Assembly (NCBI GenBank): GCA_963775425.1
Contig: CAVZJB010000008.1
Span: forward strand, 128,001-192,000
Source: an uncultured delta proteobacterium
Lineage (GTDB): Bacteria; Myxococcota; UBA727; VGSZ01
Reading direction: 5' to 3'
Length of the DNA: 64,000 nucleotides
Every line of letters begins with the position of its first letter. The first letter of the stretch is position 1. Of the stretch, positions 46,276 to 57,042 are shown in pieces. Both the position numbers and the translations under genes were made by a program. The notes beneath the pieces were generated by a model, which saw only the letters and a list, made by a program, of their open reading frames with translations, was not told where the DNA came from and did no database searches.

Positions 46276-48399
46276 ATGAGTCGGATCGTCGGGATTGACC
46301 TCGGGTCGTACAGCGTGAAGGTGGTGCGCATCGAACCGCGTGGGCGCGGAACGTTCGAGGTGCTCGGCTTCTCGGAGCAACCGCTCCCCGACGAGGGCTC
46401 GCTCGAGGAGCGGCACTCGGCGGCGCTGGCGGTGCTCAAGCAGCAGGGCGCGCTCGACGGCGACACCTACGTCACCGGCCTCTCCGGCGACGCGTCGGCG
46501 GTGCGCACGCTGCAGTTCCCGTTTTCGGACCCCAAGAAGATCGCAGAGGCGCTGCCGTTCGCGCTCGAGAGCGAGATCCCCGTCGACATCGACGACGTCG
46601 TGCTGTCCTGGGCAATCCTCGGGCGCTCCGCGGTGAAGCGGAAGGACGCCGTCGTCTCCACCGACGTGCTGGTGGCGTGGGCGAAGAAGGAGGCCGTGCA
46701 AGCGCTCCTCGACCTGCTCGCGGTGCACGGCATCGATCCGCGCCACGTGGAGCTGAGCGCGCTCGCCCTCGACGACCTCTACGACGGCCTGTTCAAGCCC
46801 GTCGACGCCGCCGCCGCGACGACGCGCGAGGGGCCCACCGAGATGCGCACGCCCGGGGGCACGGTCATCGAGATGGGCGAGGGAGCGCCGGAGCCCGCCG
46901 TCGCCGTCGTCGACATCGGCCACCGGAGCACCAGCGTGTGCGTGCTCGGCGGCGACGGGCGCGTGGTCAGCGCCCACAGCATCCTGCACGGAGGCGCCGA
47001 CGCCACGCGGTCTCTCTCCAAGGCCATCGGCCTGCCCCTCGACGAGGCGGAGCGCGGCAAGCGCAAGGAGGCCTTCATCGAGGTGGCGGGGGCGCGCGCG
47101 CAGTTCCCCGAGCAGGAGCAGATCAGCGAGGTCCTGAAGGGCGCCTACGCGCCCATCGTGCGGCGCCTGCGCCAGATCTTCCAGGCCAGCATCTCGCAGG
47201 CGCGCGTGCGCGTCATGAAGGTCATCATCGTCGGCGGCGCTTCACGCGTGTTGAACCTCGACCGGCACATGTCCGAGGAGCTGAACGTCAAGGTGGTGCG
47301 CGGCCCCGAGCTCTCGCGCGCCCTCGCCGGCCAGCTCCCGCTCGGCGCCGGCGAGGACGGCGCGCCCGAGGCGGCGCTCGCCTTCGCGTACGCGATGTCC
47401 GGCGCCGTCGGCAACAAGACGCGCGCGCGCATCGACTTCCGCACCGGCGAGTTCGCGTGGAGGGGCGACTTCGACTTCCTCCGCGAGAAGGCTCCCGCGC
47501 TGGCGACGTGGGCGGCGGTGCTGGTGCTGCTTTTGGGCGTGAGCGGCATCGCGCGCGCCTTCGTGCTCGCGCGCACCGACGACGCGCTGCAGGCGCAGGA
47601 GCTCGCGCTGTGCAAGGAGATCACCGGCAAGCCGGACCTCACGTCGTTCTCGGTGTGCATGAGCATGATCCAGGAGCGCATCCGTGGGCAGGCGTCGTTC
47701 TCGGTGCCCGCGCGCAGCGCCGTCGACACGTACATGGAGATCGCGCAGCGCCTGCCGCCTGAGTCCGAGCTGCACAGGAAGATCACCGAGCTCGACATCA
47801 CGGCGGACCGCGTGAAGATGCGCGGCCTCACGTCAGGCTACGAGGCCATCGACAAGATCGTGGAGCGCCTGCAGGGCGGCAAGTGTTTCTCCCTCGTGGA
47901 GAAGGGCAAGGCGCAGAACAAGGGCTCCGACGTCGAGTTCAACATCACCATCACCCTCGATTGCAACACCGCCCCCGGCGACGGCAAGCCGCCGCCACCC
48001 ATCACGACGGCGACGCGGGCGGCGCCGACGGGGGCGCCGCCGCCCATGGCGGTGCCGCCGCCGCGGCTCACCTCGCCGGTGGACGACGACAGCCAGAACG
48101 AGCCCGCCGCGGCGAACGTCCCGTCGCGTCCCCCGCCGCCGTTTCGTCCGAGCGAGGACGCGTCGTCGCCGCGGGCGGCCAAGCTCTCGCCCGCGGAGAT
48201 CCAGGAGCGCCGTGAGCGCCTGCGCAAGCTGCGCGAGGAGCGCGAGGCGCGCCGCGCGACGCGCATCGGCGGCGACACCATGCTCAACAACCCCTTGGCC
48301 ACGCCGCGGAACCCCGCGCTGCGCCAGCGCATGATGCACGGACAGGTGCCGACTCTCGCGCCGCCCAAGCCGGTCACCGGCGGCAAGGACGACGAATGA
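46276..48399 (+). CDS. gspL: GspL (PilM-like actin-fold domain + TM + periplasmic domain, Pro-rich tail)
   Basis: GIDLGSYSVK, VVDIGH..T and GGAS motifs; TM segment; operon position. Confidence 0.88.
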   Translation: MSRIVGIDLGSYSVKVVRIEPRGRGTFEVLGFSEQPLPDEGSLEERHSAALAVLKQQGALDGDTYVTGLSGDASAVRTLQFPFSDPKKIAEALPFALESEIPVDIDDVVLSWAILGRSAVKRKDAVVSTDVLVAWAKKEAVQALLDLLAVHGIDPRHVELSALALDDLYDGLFKPVDAAAATTREGPTEMRTPGGTVIEMGEGAPEPAVAVVDIGHRSTSVCVLGGDGRVVSAHSILHGGADATRSLSKAIGLPLDEAERGKRKEAFIEVAGARAQFPEQEQISEVLKGAYAPIVRRLRQIFQASISQARVRVMKVIIVGGASRVLNLDRHMSEELNVKVVRGPELSRALAGQLPLGAGEDGAPEAALAFAYAMSGAVGNKTRARIDFRTGEFAWRGDFDFLREKAPALATWAAVLVLLLGVSGIARAFVLARTDDALQAQELALCKEITGKPDLTSFSVCMSMIQERIRGQASFSVPARSAVDTYMEIAQRLPPESELHRKITELDITADRVKMRGLTSGYEAIDKIVERLQGGKCFSLVEKGKAQNKGSDVEFNITITLDCNTAPGDGKPPPPITTATRAAPTGAPPPMAVPPPRLTSPVDDDSQNEPAAANVPSRPPPPFRPSEDASSPRAAKLSPAEIQERRERLRKLREEREARRATRIGGDTMLNNPLATPRNPALRQRMMHGQVPTLAPPKPVTGGKDDE

Positions 48400-48998
48400 A
48401 CCTGGTCACTCTCACCTCCCAAAGCTCCCTGTTCGCCCGCGCGTCGCAGGCGTTCTCCCGCATGAGCGAGCGCGAGAAGCGGCTCGTGCTCCTCACGTCC
48501 GCCGTCGCGGCGGTGCTCATCATCGCCGGCATCGTCACGCTGCTCGACAGCGCCGTGGCCAAGCGCGACAAGCAGGTGGCCATGCGTCGCGACGAGATCG
48601 CGCAGCTCGACGCCCTGCGCGACAAGTACGAGGAGGCCGTGCAGGCCGAGGAGCGCAGCAAGAAGCGCATCGTCACCAACAACGCGTCGCTGTTCTCGCT
48701 GCTGCAGAAGGCGGCCGGTGAGGTCGGCCTCTCGCTCAACGACCTCAACGAGCGCCGCCTGCCCGTGAAGGAAGCGCCCGACATCACCGAGGTCACCGTC
48801 GACGTCAACCTGAAGGAGATCACGGTCGACAAGCTCGACACCCTCCTCGAGAAGATCGAAGGCAAGCGCACCGACGGCGTCATCAAGATCGGCCGCATGA
48901 AGGTCAAGACGCGCTTTGATCACCCGGACATGCTGGAGGCGTCGATGACGGTGTCGACGTGGAAGTCCTCCGCCACCGGACCCGGGGGCACGCCGTGA
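48396..48998 (+). CDS. gspM: Type II secretion protein GspM
   Basis: SEREKRLV followed by TM and coiled coil; operon position. Confidence 0.85.
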   Translation: MNLVTLTSQSSLFARASQAFSRMSEREKRLVLLTSAVAAVLIIAGIVTLLDSAVAKRDKQVAMRRDEIAQLDALRDKYEEAVQAEERSKKRIVTNNASLFSLLQKAAGEVGLSLNDLNERRLPVKEAPDITEVTVDVNLKEITVDKLDTLLEKIEGKRTDGVIKIGRMKVKTRFDHPDMLEASMTVSTWKSSATGPGGTP

Positions 48999-50029
48999 AA
49001 GCGGTCAAGATCATCGGCTACGCCGCCTGGTTTTTTGCCGCGTTCCTCGTCGGCATCTACCTCACGTTCCCGCTCGACGAGCTCAAGGGCCTGGTGGTCG
49101 ATCGCCTCGAGGAGCAGCTCGGCAAGGGCAAGCAGGGCGCCTACGGCGTCGACCCCAAGGTGGAGCTCGGCTCGCTCACGCTGTCCGGCTTCGGCGTGAA
49201 GGCCACGCGCGTGCGCGTGCAGTTGCCGAGCCGCGACCCGGACCCGGGCCCGACCTTCGAGCTCGACAAGCTCAAGGTGGGCATCCGCCCGTGGTCCATC
49301 ATCACGAAGGACAAGACCGTCAGCCTCTCCGCCGACCTCTACGGCGGCAGCGTCGACGCCGTGCTCAGCATGGACGACAAGGGCAACGTGCACGAGGCCG
49401 ACCTCGACGTCGACGACGTCGACATCGGTCGCTTCACTCTCATCCCCGACAAGCTCGGCGTCCCCGTGACCGGCAAGATCAACGCCAAGGCCGAGCTCGA
49501 CCTCGGAAAGACCCCCGAGAAGGACGGCGAGGGCGCGGTGTCCATCGACGTCAAGAGCCTCAAGCTCGGCCCGGGCAACCTCAAGCTCGCGGCGGCGTTC
49601 GGCGGCTTCGAATTGCCCGCCATCGACCTCGGCAACCTCACCGGCGAGATCCCCATCACCAAGGGCAAGGGCACGCTGCAGAACGTGAAGCTCGACGGCA
49701 AGGACGTGCAGCTCGAGCTCGTCGGTGACCTCTACCCCAAGGCCCGCCTGGGGCTCACCCGCCTCGACCTCGACGGCTGGTTCCAGCCGCAGGCCTCGTT
49801 CCTCGAGCGCGAGAAGAAATTCAAGTCGCTCCTCGAGCTCGCCGGCAACATGGGCAGCATGGGCGGCATGGGCAGCCTGACCAAGGCGAAGGACGACGAG
49901 GGCCACTACTGGTTCGGCCTCAAGGGAACCGTGGAGCGCCCGTCGGCCAACCTCGCCCGCGACGCCGGCAAGCACGCCAAGAGCAAGCTCAACAAAGGCG
50001 CGTCCGGCGGCAAGGACGCCAAGGGCTGA
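48995..50029 (+). CDS. gspN: Type II secretion protein GspN
   Basis: N-terminal TM followed by YLTFP; beta-rich AsmA-like body; last gene of the cluster. Confidence 0.8.
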   Translation: MKAVKIIGYAAWFFAAFLVGIYLTFPLDELKGLVVDRLEEQLGKGKQGAYGVDPKVELGSLTLSGFGVKATRVRVQLPSRDPDPGPTFELDKLKVGIRPWSIITKDKTVSLSADLYGGSVDAVLSMDDKGNVHEADLDVDDVDIGRFTLIPDKLGVPVTGKINAKAELDLGKTPEKDGEGAVSIDVKSLKLGPGNLKLAAAFGGFELPAIDLGNLTGEIPITKGKGTLQNVKLDGKDVQLELVGDLYPKARLGLTRLDLDGWFQPQASFLEREKKFKSLLELAGNMGSMGGMGSLTKAKDDEGHYWFGLKGTVERPSANLARDAGKHAKSKLNKGASGGKDAKG

Positions 50030-50777
50030 AAGGCTGACGAAAAATAAGGCTCGTAGCAGCACTCGGCGAAGCCGCCCACAAGGTCGCTCGCCGCGCGGAG
50101 TACGTGGCGAGGCACGTCGGCGCGCAAGAACCGCTGCAGGTTGTGAGGAAACGGCGGGTCCGAGCGGTGTTGTGATCCCGCTATCGGCGCACGTGGCGGC
50201 TTCGTGCGGGTCGTGTGCGCGCCGACGTGCCTCGATGCGACGTCGGTGCGGACTTCAGGCGGTGAGCTTCGCGAGAGCAGGTTGAAGGCCACGGCTGCCA
50301 TCAGGGTGAGGAGCTTGTCGAACGCGGCGCCGTAATCGACGCGGAACCTGGCGATGACGTCGTGACTCGGGCGCAGATCGCCGACGATAAAACGGAAGGC
50401 GTCGTCGTTCGTCGTCAGCCGCGCGATCTCCCGGGCGCTCCCGATCCCTTGCGGGCTCGTAATCGGGCGCCCACCGCCAAACTGTACGGCCTTGGCGCTG
50501 GCTGTGAGCCCGTCGAGCTCGAGCCCGCCGAGCACGCGGTCGATCAGGCGAGCCGGGTGCTCGGGGCCGATGAGGTCGTCCACGGCCTGGGTCTTCAGCT
50601 TGGGCGCTCGGAATCAGCGAAGGCTAGACAACGTCGCCACCGCCGGAGCGGAAAGGAGCGGAGAGCTCGGCGCCCCGGCGCTCAACTCGGCGCGCGTCTT
50701 CGTCGCCGAGCTTGGAGCTCCTTTCCGCTCCGCCGTGTGGCCGTAGCACCGTCCCCTCCCGGGTGGCTCGGATCAAC
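50030..50777 (-). mobile_element. Internally deleted IS1182-like element, copy 2 (longest)
   Basis: The minus-strand ORF remnant DDLIGPEHPARLID..GRP..GIGSAREIAR....AFRFI.G...PSH..IARFR resembles the DUF772 N-terminus of IS1182 transposases and is fused to the C-terminal AVAFNL; end TTTTTCGTCAGCCT. Confidence 0.78.
50278..50583 (-). pseudogene. IS1182-family transposase remnant lacking the DDE core
   Basis: N-terminal domain fragments joined directly to the last helix of the transposase. Confidence 0.7.
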
Positions 50778-50829
50778 GGTCCATCGGGCCAGCCCTCGTC
50801 GCCACTCGCGGCGCTCTCGATGACGCGGA

Positions 50830-51400
50830 TCCGCCGCGCGCCTTCGGCGCCTTTCCCGCATCGGGGCGACGGCCGGCGCCGTCGTCGCCGCACACGTCGA
50901 CACGGCACGCACGGCATCGAGACGCGTGCCCTTTCCGACGCGGGGGACAAGCCCCCGCCCTGCGGGGCGTCGACGCAGCCGACGTCAAGCCCCGCAGGGT
51001 CGTCGACGTCGCCGACGCCGCTCAGCGGCGTCGTGCCCCGCCGCGAATGTCTACGCCGCGCGCCTTCGGCGCCTGTCGTCGCCGCACGCGTCGACACGGC
51101 ACGTCCGCGCCCTCTCCGCGGCTCAACGCGGGCCCGGGTGCGCACGCGCCGCATCGACGGTGCGGCTCCTCCCGGCGCCGGCCGCCGCCCCTCGCGTCCG
51201 AGCCGGCAGTGACGACATTCACGGCGGCAGGGAGCTCGTCGCTGACGACGGCCGTCGTCGCCGCGCACGTCGACACGGCACGCACTGGGGCGCGTCGGAG
51301 GCACCAGCAACGTCCGCCTGCGTTTCCGACGCGGGGGACAAGCCCCCGCCCTACGGGGCGTCGACGGGACGTCGCGAATGGACTGCACGTGCGCCTTTCC
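50830..51400. repeat. Composite repeat region: two REP copies, three GTCGTCGCCGC..GTCGACACGGCAC units and the dispersed 135-bp element
   Basis: REP on the minus strand at 50940-50963 and 51331-51354; units near 50881, 51075 and 51254; 51073-51205 matches 8096-8234. Confidence 0.8.
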
Positions 51401-51404
51401 CGCA

Positions 51405-52529
51405 TCAACGCGGCGGCTTGAGGAGCTTGACGTCGCTGTCGTCGTCGAGGCGGACGACGCGAGGGGCGCCGGGGCCGACGAGGGCGAGCACGCAGACGCG
51501 CACGCCGTCGTGGAGCGTGGGGCCCATGAGCTCGCCGCCGCCGGCGTTGACGCGCGCCCACACCGAGGGGTGAAAGAAGACGTCGCGGTCGCGGTAGCGG
51601 CGCACCTGGACGTCGTCGTCGGCGGCCTGCGCGAAGCGGACGGCGTCGAGCCCCTCTTTGAACTTCTGCGGCACCGGCGGCGTGAGCGGCGGCAGCGGGA
51701 CCGGCGCCGGTCGCGCGGAGCGGGAGGGGCGGAACACCGGCCGGCCGAGGTCGCGGCGGAAGGTGTCGCACGCGATGCGCTCGAGCTCGTCGGCGGTGAA
51801 GTGGGGGAAGACGCTGCGGCCGTTCTTCTGCACGAGCACGAGCTCGCCCACGCCGAGGGACACGAGGCCGGTGGGCGTGTCGTCGTCGCCCTGCACCCAC
51901 GCGTATCCGCCGCGCTGCAGCTCGGCCACGCGTACGCTCGCGAGCTTGCCGTCGTCGAAGCGCAGCGTCATGGGCTCGCGCAGCACACGGCCGACCAGCC
52001 GCCGGGCCTGCTCGCGAAAGCCGTGCAGCGTGTCGGCGAGGTCGCTGTCTTCGCCGGCGTCGGAGGGATGCCTCTCGAAAGCGACGCGATAGGCCTCGCC
52101 GTTTTCGCCGGCGGTGTGAAAGTTGAGGTCGTCGGCGTCGACGCGCTCCTGTAACCCGCGCGGCGCGAGCATGTCGTCGGGGGCGCGGGCGATGCGTCCG
52201 ATCATCCGCCACAGGCTGCCGGTGGACTCCTCTTCGTCGACGTACGAGTCCCACCAGCCCTCGGCGTCGCCGCTGAACGACAGCGCCATCCCGCACAGGT
52301 CGCCGGGCATGATCGACTTGCAGCGCGCACGGCCGTCGACGCTGGTGCCGTTCGGCAGCTCGAGGGTCACGGCCATCTCGTCGTCCACCGCGGGCGGCGG
52401 CGAGAGCGTCACGCTCATCCCGCGCCGTGACACGCCGTTCGTCGTCGTCGTGACCGTGCCCGCGGGGAGCGCGATGTGCGCCCGCAACGCGACGCGAAAG
52501 CGCGGGTGCTGCCTGAGATCCTCGGACAT
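51405..52529 (-). CDS. Protein with N-terminal PilZ-like domain
   Basis: RQHPRF (RxxxR) and degenerate GVSRRG (D/NxSxxG) motifs; C-terminal ~270 aa unrecognised. Confidence 0.7.
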   Translation of the reverse strand: MSEDLRQHPRFRVALRAHIALPAGTVTTTTNGVSRRGMSVTLSPPPAVDDEMAVTLELPNGTSVDGRARCKSIMPGDLCGMALSFSGDAEGWWDSYVDEEESTGSLWRMIGRIARAPDDMLAPRGLQERVDADDLNFHTAGENGEAYRVAFERHPSDAGEDSDLADTLHGFREQARRLVGRVLREPMTLRFDDGKLASVRVAELQRGGYAWVQGDDDTPTGLVSLGVGELVLVQKNGRSVFPHFTADELERIACDTFRRDLGRPVFRPSRSARPAPVPLPPLTPPVPQKFKEGLDAVRFAQAADDDVQVRRYRDRDVFFHPSVWARVNAGGGELMGPTLHDGVRVCVLALVGPGAPRVVRLDDDSDVKLLKPPR

Positions 52530-52609
52530 TCCTCACGCCATACTGGCACAACCGCCGCCGACCCTCGATGTGGGGCGCCGGCTTGCCACGTCGTGTGCCG
52601 CTCGACCGC

Positions 52610-55600
52610 TCAGCGGGTGGACACCGCGCCGCCGCCGACGCTGACGTGGACGACCGCGACGGCGCTCGCGCCGGCCTTGTCCTTGACGCGGATCCGGAAG
52701 CTGTCCTCGCCGCGCGCATCGGTGCCGGCGGTGAACGTGAAGGCGCCGGTCCGCGGGTCGTCGAGCTTCACCGTGCCGTGGCGCGGGGGCACGGCGACCG
52801 AGAACGTGAGCTCGTCGCCCGCGTCGACGTCGCTGGCGGCGATCCTGCCGCTCACGGCCTTGCCCGGCGCCGCGCGCACCGCCGTGTCTTTCACGACGGG
52901 CGCGTCGTTCACGTTCTCGACAGTGACGGTGATCTTCCCCGGCGCCCCCGGCCCGCTCGGGTCCGACGGGATCACCTTCACCTCGAGCGTGCCGGCGAAG
53001 TCCTTGGCAGGCGCCACCCGCAGGACGCTGCCTGCGAGCGACACGTCGGCGGTGCCCTTCTTCACGCTCGCCTTGTCGAGCGTGAGCGTCACCGGGTCGC
53101 CGTCCTTGTCGTGCGCCGACAGCGCCAGCGTCACCGGCCGCTCCTCGAGCGTCTTGAGCGACGCGTCGTCGACGGTGGGCGGGTCGTTCCGCGGCGCCAC
53201 CAGCACCGGCAGCACGGCGCGCACGCGGTTCTTTCCGTCCGACGCCTCCAACACGAGCCGGTCCTCCCCGTTTTCGTCGGGCTTCGGCGTGAAGAGCAGG
53301 GTCTTGCCGTCGCTCTCCACCTCGGCCGCACCGATGCGCGCCTGCGTCACCACGCGGAACGTCACGTCGTCGCCGTCGGGGTCGACCGCCGTGAGCGTCA
53401 GGCTCCCGTGCTCATCCTCCGCCGTCTCGAGCGGTCGCAGGTCCACCACGGGCGCGTCGGGCTCGGGTGCCACCGCGGCCTTCACGGTCGCGTCCGCCTC
53501 GAGGAAGCCGTCGCTCACCGCGACGACGAACGAGTCCTCGCCGTTCCAATCCGCCGCCGGCGTGTAGTGGAGAGTGCCGTCGTCTGCGTCGACGTCGGCG
53601 TCGCCGTGCTGCGGCGGCTTCTTTACGCGAAAGGTGAGCACGTCCTTGTCGACGTCCGACGCCGTCACGCGGCTGCTCGCGGTGCGATCTTCCCGGGTGC
53701 TCACCGAGACGTCCTTGGTCACCGGCGCGTCGTTCACCGCCGCCACCGTCAGCTTCACGGCGCCCGTGTCGCGCAGCTTCCCGTCGCTCACCTCGAAGCG
53801 AAAGCCGTCCTCGCCGTTTGTGTTCGCCCGCGGCGTGTACGTGTACGCCCCCGACTGCGCGTCGAGCTCGATGGTGCCCGAGCGCGGTTGCTGCACGACG
53901 CGCCAGGTGAGCGTGTCCTTGTCGACGTCGCTGCCGCCGACGCTGTCCTTGATGGGCGTGTCTTCCTTGCCGGAGGCGTCGTGCGCCACCGCCACCGGCG
54001 CGTCGTTCACCGGCGCGATGGCCACGCTCACCGGCACTTGCGTCGTGGCGGTGCCGTCGCTGACGGCGACCATGAAGTCGTCGTCGCCGTTTTCGTCCTT
54101 GTTCGGGGTGTACGTGAACCGGCCGCTCTCGGCGTCGATGGTCGCCTTGCCCTTCTTGGGCGCGTTGGCCACCGACCAGGTGAGCTTGTCCTTGTCGACG
54201 TCGGAGGCGGGGACGCTGCCCTTCTCGGCGCGGTCCTCTGTGACCGAGAGCTTCACGGCCTTCACGTCCGGCGCGTCGTTCACCGCGGCCACGGTGAGCT
54301 TCACGGCGCCGCGGTCGCGGAGCTTGCCGTCGCTGACCTCGAAGCGAAAGCTGTCGTCGCCGTTTTCGTTCTCGCGCGGCGTATACGTGTACGCGCCGCT
54401 CTGCGCGTCGAGCTCGAGCTTGCCGAAGCGCGGCGGCTGCACCACGCGGAAGGTGAGGGTGTCCTTGTCGACGTCGCTGCCGCCGACGCTGTCCTTGATG
54501 GGCGTGTCTTCCTTGCCGGACGCGTCGTGGGCGGAGGCCACGGGCGCGTCGTTCACCGGCGCGATGGCCACGCTCACCACGCCGCTGGTGGTGCCGCCGG
54601 CGCCGTCACTGACCGCGACCACGAAGCTGTCCTCGCCGTTTTCGTCCTTGTTGGGCGTGTAGGTGAAGCGGCCCGTGGCGGCGTCGATCTTCACGGTGCC
54701 CTTCGCGGGCGGCTTGGCCTCCGACCAGGTGAGCTTGTCCTTGTCGACGTCGGAGGCGGGGACGCTGCCGCTCTCCGCGCGGTCTTCGGTGACGGCCAGC
54801 TTCACCGCCTTCACCTCGGGCGCGTCGTTCACGGCGGCCACCGAGAGCTTGACGGCGCCGCCGTCGCGGAGCTTGCCGTCGCTGACCTCGAAGCGAAAGC
54901 CGTCGTCCCCGTTGAAATTCTCGCGCGGCGTGTACGTGTACGCGCCGCTCTGCGCGTCGAGCTCGAGCTTGCCGGAGCGGGGCTGCTGGACCACGCGGAA
55001 GGTGAGGGTGTCCTTGTCGACGTCGCTGCCGCCGACGCTGCCCTTGATGGGCTCGTCCTCCTTGCCGGAGGCGTCGTGGGCGGCGGCCACGGGTGCGTCG
55101 TTCACCGCGGCGATGCTCACGCTCACCTTGGCCTCGACGTCGGCGCTGCCGTCGGAGACCGTGACGCCGAAGCTGTCGTCGCCGTTTTCGTTCGGGTTGG
55201 GCGTATAGACGAAGGCACCCTTCACCTCGTCCACCTCGACCTTCCCCTTCTTGGACAGCGTGCCGAGCGTGTAGCTCAGCTTGTCCTTGTCGATGTCCTC
55301 GCCGCGCACCACGCCGCGCACGGCGCTGTCCTCCCGCGTCGACACCGCCACGTCGTGGGTGGTGGGCGCGTCGTTCTCGGGCTTCACGGTGATCTTCGCC
55401 TCGCCCTCGGCCTTGGCCTTGCCGTCGCTGACGCGGAACGAGAAGGCGTCGTCGCCGTTTTCGTTCGGCCTGGGCGTGTAGCGGAACGTGCCGTCGGCCT
55501 TGAGATCGACGCCGCCGCGCCTGGGCGCCTTCACCAGCGAGAACGTGAGGGCGTCTTTGTCGACGTCGCTCGCCTTGAGCTTGCCGTCGAGGGGCTTGTC

Positions 55601-56815
55601 CTCGTCGCCGTCGAAGTGCACCGACGCCGCGGTGACGGGGGCGTCGTTGACCGGCTTGATGGTGACGGTGACCGGCGCGCTCATGCCCGCGCTGGTGTCG
55701 CTGGCCTCCACGGTGAAGGTGTCGGTGCCGAACCAGTCGTGGGCGGGCTTGTAGGTGAGCTCGCCGGTCTCGTGGTCGATGTCGACGTCGCCGTGCTTGG
55801 GGTCGCTCTTGAGCGCGTAGTAGACCTGATCGCCGTCGGGGTCCTTGGCGACGAGCCTGGTCTTCGCGGGCTGGTCCTCTTCACCGGTGACGCTCGCCGC
55901 CGTGAGGGTGGGCGGGTCGTTGACGTTGTGGACGCTGATCTCCACCGCGCTCCGGCTCGTGGCCTTGCCGTCGGACGCGGCGTAGCGGAAGCCGTCGTCG
56001 CCGGCGTAGTCCTTGGCGGGCGTGTACAGGTAGCTCGCGGACCCGGCGTCGACGGTGACGGTGCCGTGCTTGGGGCGCTCGATGATGGTGAAGGTGATCG
56101 GGTCCTTGTCGACGTCGTGGGCCTTGAATTTCTCCTTGAGGGGCTGGTCCTCCTTGGTGTCGACCTTGTCTTCGCGGAGCGACGGCGCGTCGTTCACCGC
56201 GGCGATCTTCACGGTGACGGGGACCTTGACGTTGGTGGTGCCGTCGCTGACGCGGATGGTGAAGTCCACGGTGCCGTTGTCGTCGTCGGCGGGGGTGAAG
56301 GTGAAGCGGCCCGTGTGCGCGTCGATGTCGACGGAGCCGCGCGCGGGCTCCTTGCCGACGGCGTACGACAGCGGGTCGCCGTCGGCGTCCTTGGCGCCGA
56401 CGTCGCCGCGCACGGGCTTGTCCTCGGTGCCCGACAGCGTGAGGGGCGGGGCCACCGGCGGGTCGTTCACCGAGCTGACGGCGATGATGGCCTTGTGCGT
56501 GGTGCGCGCCTTGCCGTCGGAGACCTCGAAGACCCACTCGTCCCTGCCGTGGAAGTCCTTGTGCGGCGTGTAGGTGAACTTGCCGTTCGGTTGGAGCTCG
56601 ACGGTGCCGTTCTTCGGCGGCTTCTTCAGCCGGAAGGACAGGGCGTCGCCTTCGGGGTCGTGGGCCTTGATCTCGGCGGAGAGCGGCTTGTCCTCGTCGA
56701 CGTCGAAGGCGCTCTCGTCCACCACCGGCGCCTTGTTCCGGGCGGCGAGGGCGGGGCCGGCCGCGAGCGCGGCGACGGCGAGGGCGAACACGACGGGGGT
56801 GTGTGCTGCGCGCAT
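52610..56815 (-). CDS. Large secreted protein made of ~15 cadherin-like/Ig-like (tandem-95) repeats
   Basis: Signal peptide; repeats with VNDAP, ED, SDVDKD.L, YTP..N.NG.D.F...VSDG; TATTCT hexamer 6 nt upstream of the ATG. Confidence 0.9.
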   Translation of the reverse strand: MRAAHTPVVFALAVAALAAGPALAARNKAPVVDESAFDVDEDKPLSAEIKAHDPEGDALSFRLKKPPKNGTVELQPNGKFTYTPHKDFHGRDEWVFEVSDGKARTTHKAIIAVSSVNDPPVAPPLTLSGTEDKPVRGDVGAKDADGDPLSYAVGKEPARGSVDIDAHTGRFTFTPADDDNGTVDFTIRVSDGTTNVKVPVTVKIAAVNDAPSLREDKVDTKEDQPLKEKFKAHDVDKDPITFTIIERPKHGTVTVDAGSASYLYTPAKDYAGDDGFRYAASDGKATSRSAVEISVHNVNDPPTLTAASVTGEEDQPAKTRLVAKDPDGDQVYYALKSDPKHGDVDIDHETGELTYKPAHDWFGTDTFTVEASDTSAGMSAPVTVTIKPVNDAPVTAASVHFDGDEDKPLDGKLKASDVDKDALTFSLVKAPRRGGVDLKADGTFRYTPRPNENGDDAFSFRVSDGKAKAEGEAKITVKPENDAPTTHDVAVSTREDSAVRGVVRGEDIDKDKLSYTLGTLSKKGKVEVDEVKGAFVYTPNPNENGDDSFGVTVSDGSADVEAKVSVSIAAVNDAPVAAAHDASGKEDEPIKGSVGGSDVDKDTLTFRVVQQPRSGKLELDAQSGAYTYTPRENFNGDDGFRFEVSDGKLRDGGAVKLSVAAVNDAPEVKAVKLAVTEDRAESGSVPASDVDKDKLTWSEAKPPAKGTVKIDAATGRFTYTPNKDENGEDSFVVAVSDGAGGTTSGVVSVAIAPVNDAPVASAHDASGKEDTPIKDSVGGSDVDKDTLTFRVVQPPRFGKLELDAQSGAYTYTPRENENGDDSFRFEVSDGKLRDRGAVKLTVAAVNDAPDVKAVKLSVTEDRAEKGSVPASDVDKDKLTWSVANAPKKGKATIDAESGRFTYTPNKDENGDDDFMVAVSDGTATTQVPVSVAIAPVNDAPVAVAHDASGKEDTPIKDSVGGSDVDKDTLTWRVVQQPRSGTIELDAQSGAYTYTPRANTNGEDGFRFEVSDGKLRDTGAVKLTVAAVNDAPVTKDVSVSTREDRTASSRVTASDVDKDVLTFRVKKPPQHGDADVDADDGTLHYTPAADWNGEDSFVVAVSDGFLEADATVKAAVAPEPDAPVVDLRPLETAEDEHGSLTLTAVDPDGDDVTFRVVTQARIGAAEVESDGKTLLFTPKPDENGEDRLVLEASDGKNRVRAVLPVLVAPRNDPPTVDDASLKTLEERPVTLALSAHDKDGDPVTLTLDKASVKKGTADVSLAGSVLRVAPAKDFAGTLEVKVIPSDPSGPGAPGKITVTVENVNDAPVVKDTAVRAAPGKAVSGRIAASDVDAGDELTFSVAVPPRHGTVKLDDPRTGAFTFTAGTDARGEDSFRIRVKDKAGASAVAVVHVSVGGGAVSTR

Positions 56816-57042
56816 CGGAGGAGAATACGCGCGGTCCTCCCGGTTCTCGCTGTGAGACAGCGGTGGACGCCCAGGACAGTCCGCGGCCGGCGATTCGGGC
56901 GCACACATTGCGCGGATGGCAGAGCAAAACGTGCGGAAGCCGCGTGTGGTCTCCCGACGCTACGCCGGCCGCGCCGGCTGGTGCGGCTCGTGCTTCGCGA
57001 CGCGGACGCCAAGGAGCTGCCATGACCCCGCGCGCCGCGTGT

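Noticed and set aside
46276-48399. Type IV pilus pilM gene
   Set aside because: The PilM-like domain is fused to a TM and periplasmic domain and lies between gspK and gspM, i.e. GspL
49906-50583. Intact transposase ORF
   Set aside because: Lacks the DDE core; N- and C-terminal fragments are fused and read through into non-coding sequence
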